Source of the DNA: Selaginella moellendorffii
Taxonomy: Eukaryota > Plantae > Lycopodiophyta
Length of the DNA stretch: 64,000 nt
Assembly (NCBI RefSeq): GCF_000143415.4
Contig: NW_003314347.1
Span: forward strand, 333,438-397,437
Direction of reading: 5' to 3'
The notes beneath the pieces were generated by a model. That model did not search any database. It saw only the letters and a program-made list of their open reading frames with translations, and was not told the DNA's origin. Position 1 is the stretch's first letter. Each line of letters starts with the position of its first letter. A program made the translations under genes and the position numbers. This document shows positions 59,157 through 64,000 of this stretch, piece by piece.

Positions 59157-61100
59157 TCACGGTGCTGCAAAGTACATGTTGGCCAGCACCATAAACGGCG
59201 ACGAGGTTTTGCTCCGGTCAGTAAACTCAAACGCATTCTCCGCCATCCGTGTGCCTCGACTTGGATCAAGGTGAAGCCTGCAAGCTCCCAGCAAAGTCCC
59301 CCAAGCCACCGAGTTTGGCACGAAAGGCATGATTTTGACGAGCTCCTCGGCGTCGCCAAGCCGCCCGGCTCGCCCGAGCGTATCGGCCAGGCAGCAGTAG
59401 TGCTCTCGCACCGCCACGACGCCAAAATCGCTGCTTCGTGACACGAAGTAGCAGCAAGCCTGGTCGAGCAGGCCGTAATGGTTGCACAGGCTGAGAACTA
59501 TGACGAAAGTGATGGCGTCCGGCAAGCATCCATCCAAGTGCATGGTGTGGAAGAGCTCGAAAGCCTGCTGAGCACCATCGCCCTTTTGGACGTGCATTGC
59601 GATCACGGAGTTCCACGAGATAACGTCTCGCACTGGCAAGCGATCGAATGCGTCCTTGGTTTCTTGCAGCTTCCCGTGCTGCATGAAGGCCCCCAGCATC
59701 GAGTTGCAAGCGTGGACCGTCTTCTCTGGCATGGCTTCGTAAGCCTCGACCGCCTTGTCGAGAGACTTGTTCTGTGAAAATGCCGCTATCATCGAGCTCC
59801 AAGTGACCGAATCCCTCTCGGGACACCTCCGGAACAAGAGCTCCGCCTCCGAGAGCTCCCCGTGATGCGAGCTCGCAGTGATCATCGCGTTCCAAGTCAC
59901 TACATCCTTCTGCGGCATCAAAATGAAGAGACTTCTAGCCTCTTCCAGCGTCCCATTCTGCGCGAAAGCCATGAAAACAGCGTTCCACGAGGAAACACTT
60001 CGTTTCGGCAAGAGCTTGAACGTAGAGCTTGCTTTCTCCAGCTCCTTGTCCTGCATAAAAGCCCCCAGAAGCGCATCCCACGAAAGAATGTCCCGTGTCA
60101 CCATCTTGTCAAACACCGCCTTGACGTTCTCGACGTCTCTCTTCTGGGCATACGCCGCAATGAGCCCGTTGTAAGACGAAACATCGCGCAGGGGCATGGA
60201 ATGGAAGATCTCCACTGCCTTGTCAGTATGACCCTTCTGGGCATACGCCGCCATCATCGAGTTCCACGATACCACGCTATGCCGAGGCATCTGATCAAAG
60301 ACAAGCTTTGCCTCCTCGAGCTGGCCACCATGAGCAAAGATCCCAACGATGGCAGTCGAAGAGATCACGTCCCAGAGAGGCATCCGATCATACATCGCTC
60401 TGGCCACTTCCAAATGCCCATTCTCGGCATAAGCCAAGAACATCGAAGTCCACAGCACCACGTCTCGTCCAGAGAACTCATCGAACACTCTCTTCGCGAG
60501 CTCGGGAGCTCCATCTTGGGAGTAGCCTTGGATGATCGCGGTACAGGACACCACATTCGTCTCGGGCATGGCGTCGTACACGTTCCGTGCCTCGGCAGTG
60601 TGGCCTTGCCGTATAAGCCCCGCCAGGAGCGCGTTCCACGAGAGGCAATCGTGCCCGGGCGATCGATCGAATGTGGGCTTTGCTCGATCCAGCTCGCCGC
60701 TGTGGAGATAGGCCTGGAAGATGGAATTCCACGACGAGAGCGATCGCTCGGGCGAGTTCTCGAAGCACGCAGCCGCCTCGGCAAGGTCCCCATTCACGGC
60801 ATTTGCAGCGATCATGGAATTCCAGGACACGGACGTCCTCCCAGGCATGAGGCGAAAGATCACCCTGGCGCTAGGGATCCCTTCGTGCTGCGCGGCGCCG
60901 TGCATCAGCGTCGTCCAGGTGAAGACATCCCTGCGCGGCGCGCGATCGAACAGCCGGCGCGCCCCGAGAAAATCCCCATTGTTGGCATATGCCGCGATCA
61001 TCACATTCCACGACGGCGTAAGCGCCGGCTGCTGGATCCCATCGAACACGGCCCTAGCGTCGGCGATGCTGCCGCATTTGCCATACATCTGGACGAGCAT
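59157..61100 (-). CDS. PLS-class PPR protein rich in short (SS/S) repeats, E-type
   Basis: 647-aa ORF of ~31-aa repeats (F..MP.R.V.SW..M..AY...G) ending HYCCLADTLGRAG..WGTLLGACRLH..PFMVLANMY. The PPR-like frame stays open about 150 nt upstream of the first ATG. Confidence 0.92.
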   Translation of the reverse strand: MLVQMYGKCGSIADARAVFDGIQQPALTPSWNVMIAAYANNGDFLGARRLFDRAPRRDVFTWTTLMHGAAQHEGIPSARVIFRLMPGRTSVSWNSMIAANAVNGDLAEAAACFENSPERSLSSWNSIFQAYLHSGELDRAKPTFDRSPGHDCLSWNALLAGLIRQGHTAEARNVYDAMPETNVVSCTAIIQGYSQDGAPELAKRVFDEFSGRDVVLWTSMFLAYAENGHLEVARAMYDRMPLWDVISSTAIVGIFAHGGQLEEAKLVFDQMPRHSVVSWNSMMAAYAQKGHTDKAVEIFHSMPLRDVSSYNGLIAAYAQKRDVENVKAVFDKMVTRDILSWDALLGAFMQDKELEKASSTFKLLPKRSVSSWNAVFMAFAQNGTLEEARSLFILMPQKDVVTWNAMITASSHHGELSEAELLFRRCPERDSVTWSSMIAAFSQNKSLDKAVEAYEAMPEKTVHACNSMLGAFMQHGKLQETKDAFDRLPVRDVISWNSVIAMHVQKGDGAQQAFELFHTMHLDGCLPDAITFVIVLSLCNHYGLLDQACCYFVSRSSDFGVVAVREHYCCLADTLGRAGRLGDAEELVKIMPFVPNSVAWGTLLGACRLHLDPSRGTRMAENAFEFTDRSKTSSPFMVLANMYFAAP

Positions 61101-61639
61101 CGTGTGGAGAACGCGATTGCCGTGGTAGCCATCGCCGAGGAGGCGCTCCAGCCGCGCGTGGAGCGCCTTACAAGCGCGTAGATCCTTGGCGCTGCCATAA
61201 ACCCTAATTGCCTCGCAAATTCGAGACCAGCAAATGGTCGCCGTTTCGAACCCTTTCCAGCGCAGGTTAAAAAATGCGGCTTAAAAATTTTAAAGGCTGG
61301 ACAGTTAAGCTAATTAAACTGACGTGGTTAAGCGGGTTTAGGGCAAGGTGGGAAGAACACTGTCACACAGGGGAGAGTGGAGGAGGAGGAGGGCAAGGCA
61401 CTGCCGGGATTCTACCGCTACAGATGCTACGCTGGATCAATCCATGCATCGCAGTAGCAGCGGTGTCCGGAGTGGCGGGAGGAAACAGGGCACGGTGAGG
61501 AAGATCCCAGCGGCTAGGGCGGCGGCTTCGCAGCGTAATCCACAGGTATGGCGGCTTGCTTGGAGGCTCTCGGTGACGTTAGGGTTTTCTTGTTCTTGCC
61601 AAATCCAATGGCGCGCAGGCCGAGCACAGCAGCAACGGG

Positions 61640-62591
61640 ATGTATTCCGATCAGATAGGCGTAGCAGGCAGCCGGAAGAGGCCCGTGCGCGAGCGATTGC
61701 ACGGGATTTCTGACGGGATTGCTTCCGTGGGACGACAGAGCGTGAACAAAAGGTAGATTTTTTTCTTCGTGGGCTTTCGGTGTTGAGCTTAACTAGCGTG
61801 ATTCTGTGAAGGCAAAGGCAGGAGGATGGCAAGTGGAAGCATGATCTCTACGCCGACGAAGATGGAGATGACTCTGGACTTGGTATGGTCGTTTCGTTTC
61901 TTATTTTTTCCTGGGCTCCCTCCATACGTCAGTTTGCTGCATTGTCTCGTAGAAGGCCAGAGCGGTACTCAAGATCTTCGCTTGCGATTGACGAGAAAGA
62001 ATCCCTTGCGGAGCTCCAGTGGAGGAGGAGGAGGAGGAGCTCCACCCATGAAAGATCTACGTGAGAAGCTGTCGGGACCAATCCCACCTCCAGTGGCTCA
62101 ACCCGAGAAGCCTCGTCACAGGCTGCCCTCGACCATTGTCCGCGGTAGCACTGCTGCCTCGGCGTCAGTGGCGCCGCCGAGGCCTGTGATTCCGCGCAGC
62201 AATCCACCACCTCCGAAAATCCAGCCAGTAAGTAGCAAAGCCACACATATCCATGCTCGACGCTCATCACTTTTTTGTGCAGGCCTTGGAAAGTGTTGCC
62301 TCGTTTTTGACGTCTTTAGGATTGGAAAAGTACTTACTAACGTTCCAAGCGGAAGAGGTGAGTGATAGAATCCACTTTGGAAATTCCGGGGCTAAATGAT
62401 GGGTTTTGCAGGTCGATATGACAGCATTGAGGCATATGAAAGATGAAGATCTCAAGGAACTGAATGTTCCCATGGTAAGAACCCACCCACTGATTCTTTC
62501 TTCACTTTTGAGACACATCTCATCCTTTCTTCTGGATTGGTAGGGACCAAGGAAAAAAATTCTTCTTGCGCTGGGTAATCGTGCTTCATAG
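61640..62591 (+). CDS. SAM (sterile alpha motif) domain protein
   Basis: MYSDQ..RKRPVRERL..KRQR..DGKWKHDLY, DLRLRL, DLREKLSG. SAM domain: SVASFLTSLGLEKYLLTFQAEE|VDMTALRHMKDEDLKELNVPM|GPRKKILLAL. Confidence 0.9.
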
Positions 62592-63050
62592 GTACCCAAA
62601 AGCTCCAGTTTCACTGCAGATGTTTTAATATTTGTTGCTTACCAAGAAATGTCACTCTTTTTTTTTGTGTTTCCTTGTGAAACTTGCGTCCTAGCCCAGC
62701 CCACATTTCTGTTGGCTGATCTAACTATCTTTGTCAGTTTGTGACTTGGACAGAAAAACGGCAGCGCATCGAAACTTGGTACTCTCTCTCTCTTAATTTT
62801 TTTTTCTCTCGCTTTCGTTTTCTCTTACTATTATATAAGTTTTAATTAAAGCATGTTTGTACAGGAAATCTCACACCAGCAAATCTCACTTTCACGCTAT
62901 ATGGGGTGGTCACACATAACTGGAAACAAGGATCAAAGGTCGGTCTCAGTTTGGAAACGCATCGTAAGCAACAGGAAACAACAGTTAAAACAAAGATCAA
63001 CCGCAGCATAAAGAGCACAGGTCGATCCGGAGGCTCGCTCGCTCGCTCGC

Positions 63051-63710
63051 TCAGTCGTAAGGCCCGTTGGGATTGAGCTGCTTGAGAAGGCCAACGTACG
63101 TGAGATAGAGAACCCGGTCCTTGGCCCCGGTGCGGTGGCGGCGGGTGTGCTTGCAGAAGTACTTGAGCTGGTCGAGCGTGCAGAGGCCGAGCGTCTGGGT
63201 GAGCAGCAGGAAGAGCCAGTTGATGTTGCGCTTCTTGGCGTCGATGACGGGCTTGACGCAGTCGCACTGGCGGCACAGCGAGCAGTCGAGCAGCCGGGGG
63301 GACGTCCAGCACTTGGGAGCGCGGTCGTGCATGGAGTCGCGGTAGCTGATGAAATAGTTGTTTACCTGCATGAAGGCGTCCCGGACGTCGAGGTCCACCA
63401 TCTGGGAGCCGTCGCAGCGCTTGCAGATCACCTCGCCGCGGATGCGAGTGATGGCCGAGCTCCAGAGGTAGTCGAGCGAGTGGACATGGGCGCGGTACTC
63501 GCTGGCCCACGGGAATGGAGCGGGGATTCTCTCCGACTTAGGCATGGTGGTGGTGGCGGCGGTGGCGGTGGCGGGGGTGGCGGCGGAGTGTGGCGATGAA
63601 GCTGGCGGCGCTGGCGTTAGAGATGATGCTCCAAGCTCGCGGGGGCTTCTAGTCCTGCTGGGTGGAGACAGTGTGAGCCTGAGAGATTCGTCGTCATCAA
63701 AAATTGGCAT
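63051..63710 (-). CDS. Conserved plant Cys-rich protein (DUF7086-like)
   Basis: Intronless. IPAPFPWA..RA.VHSLDYL, GEVICKRC, MHDRAP..W, INWLFLLL.Q.LG.CTL.QLKYFCKHT..HRTGAKDRVLYLTY. Confidence 0.85.
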   Translation of the reverse strand: MPIFDDDESLRLTLSPPSRTRSPRELGASSLTPAPPASSPHSAATPATATAATTTMPKSERIPAPFPWASEYRAHVHSLDYLWSSAITRIRGEVICKRCDGSQMVDLDVRDAFMQVNNYFISYRDSMHDRAPKCWTSPRLLDCSLCRQCDCVKPVIDAKKRNINWLFLLLTQTLGLCTLDQLKYFCKHTRRHRTGAKDRVLYLTYVGLLKQLNPNGPYD

Positions 63711-64000
63711 ATGGAAGGAGGAGGTGCAGGATGATTATGGTACCGTGTTAATCAACTTGTGGGATGGAATATAAGCTTGGTGACGAAGGAGCGTGCGTAT
63801 GGGTGTCGTGATTGTGCGTGTGAGAGTACCCTCACCTCCTGCAAGGAAGAATATTTCACTGCCACCAATCAGCCACTTTGTACAGAAAAAAGAGAGCGCG
63901 GGGAAGAGGAAAGAAGGCCTTGCATGTAACATGAGGCGATCGATCCGGGCACGCTGACAAAGGTGGGGATTATGGAAAACAGGTATGGCACGGAGGAGAG

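Noticed and set aside
59862-61181. 439-aa plus-strand ORF
   Set aside because: Antisense shadow of the PPR gene.
62842-63510. 222-aa overlapping minus-strand ORF
   Set aside because: Alternative frame of the GC-rich DUF7086-like gene, Arg/Pro-rich and without motifs.

Overview
Eukaryotic, gene-dense plant nuclear DNA with very short (about 50-70 bp) GT-AG introns, several PLS-class PPR genes and telo-boxes. This profile fits a lycophyte such as Selaginella, which is an inference and not a database match. All gene models were spliced and translated by hand. Recognisable genes: GT37 fucosyltransferase, tRNA-Thr(UGU), phosducin-like protein, Topors-like RING ligase, RAE1, a DUF4708/C18orf63-like protein with a SAP domain, a double-B3 factor, a trypsin-like protease, chloroplast IF2, an Argonaute with an intact DEDH tetrad, a DHRS12-like SDR, a head-to-head peptide deformylase / Met-tRNA formyltransferase pair, a possible PRD3/PAIR1, CstF-64, a class I RSL bHLH, two intact PPRs, a SAM protein and a DUF7086-like protein. 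The window also holds an old full-length Ty3/gypsy element with LTRs and a GGTGA target-site duplication, several pseudogenes, and a mosaic of gene fragments at 1-4 kb. The strongest novelty candidate is hidden by introns at 4148-6572. It is a six-exon, ~704-aa in-frame gene joining an i-type-lysozyme/lytic-transglycosylase-like domain to a C-terminal domain resembling the NACK-kinesin tail (DUF3490). It may be a plant peptidoglycan hydrolase, acting in the plastid wall or in defence.
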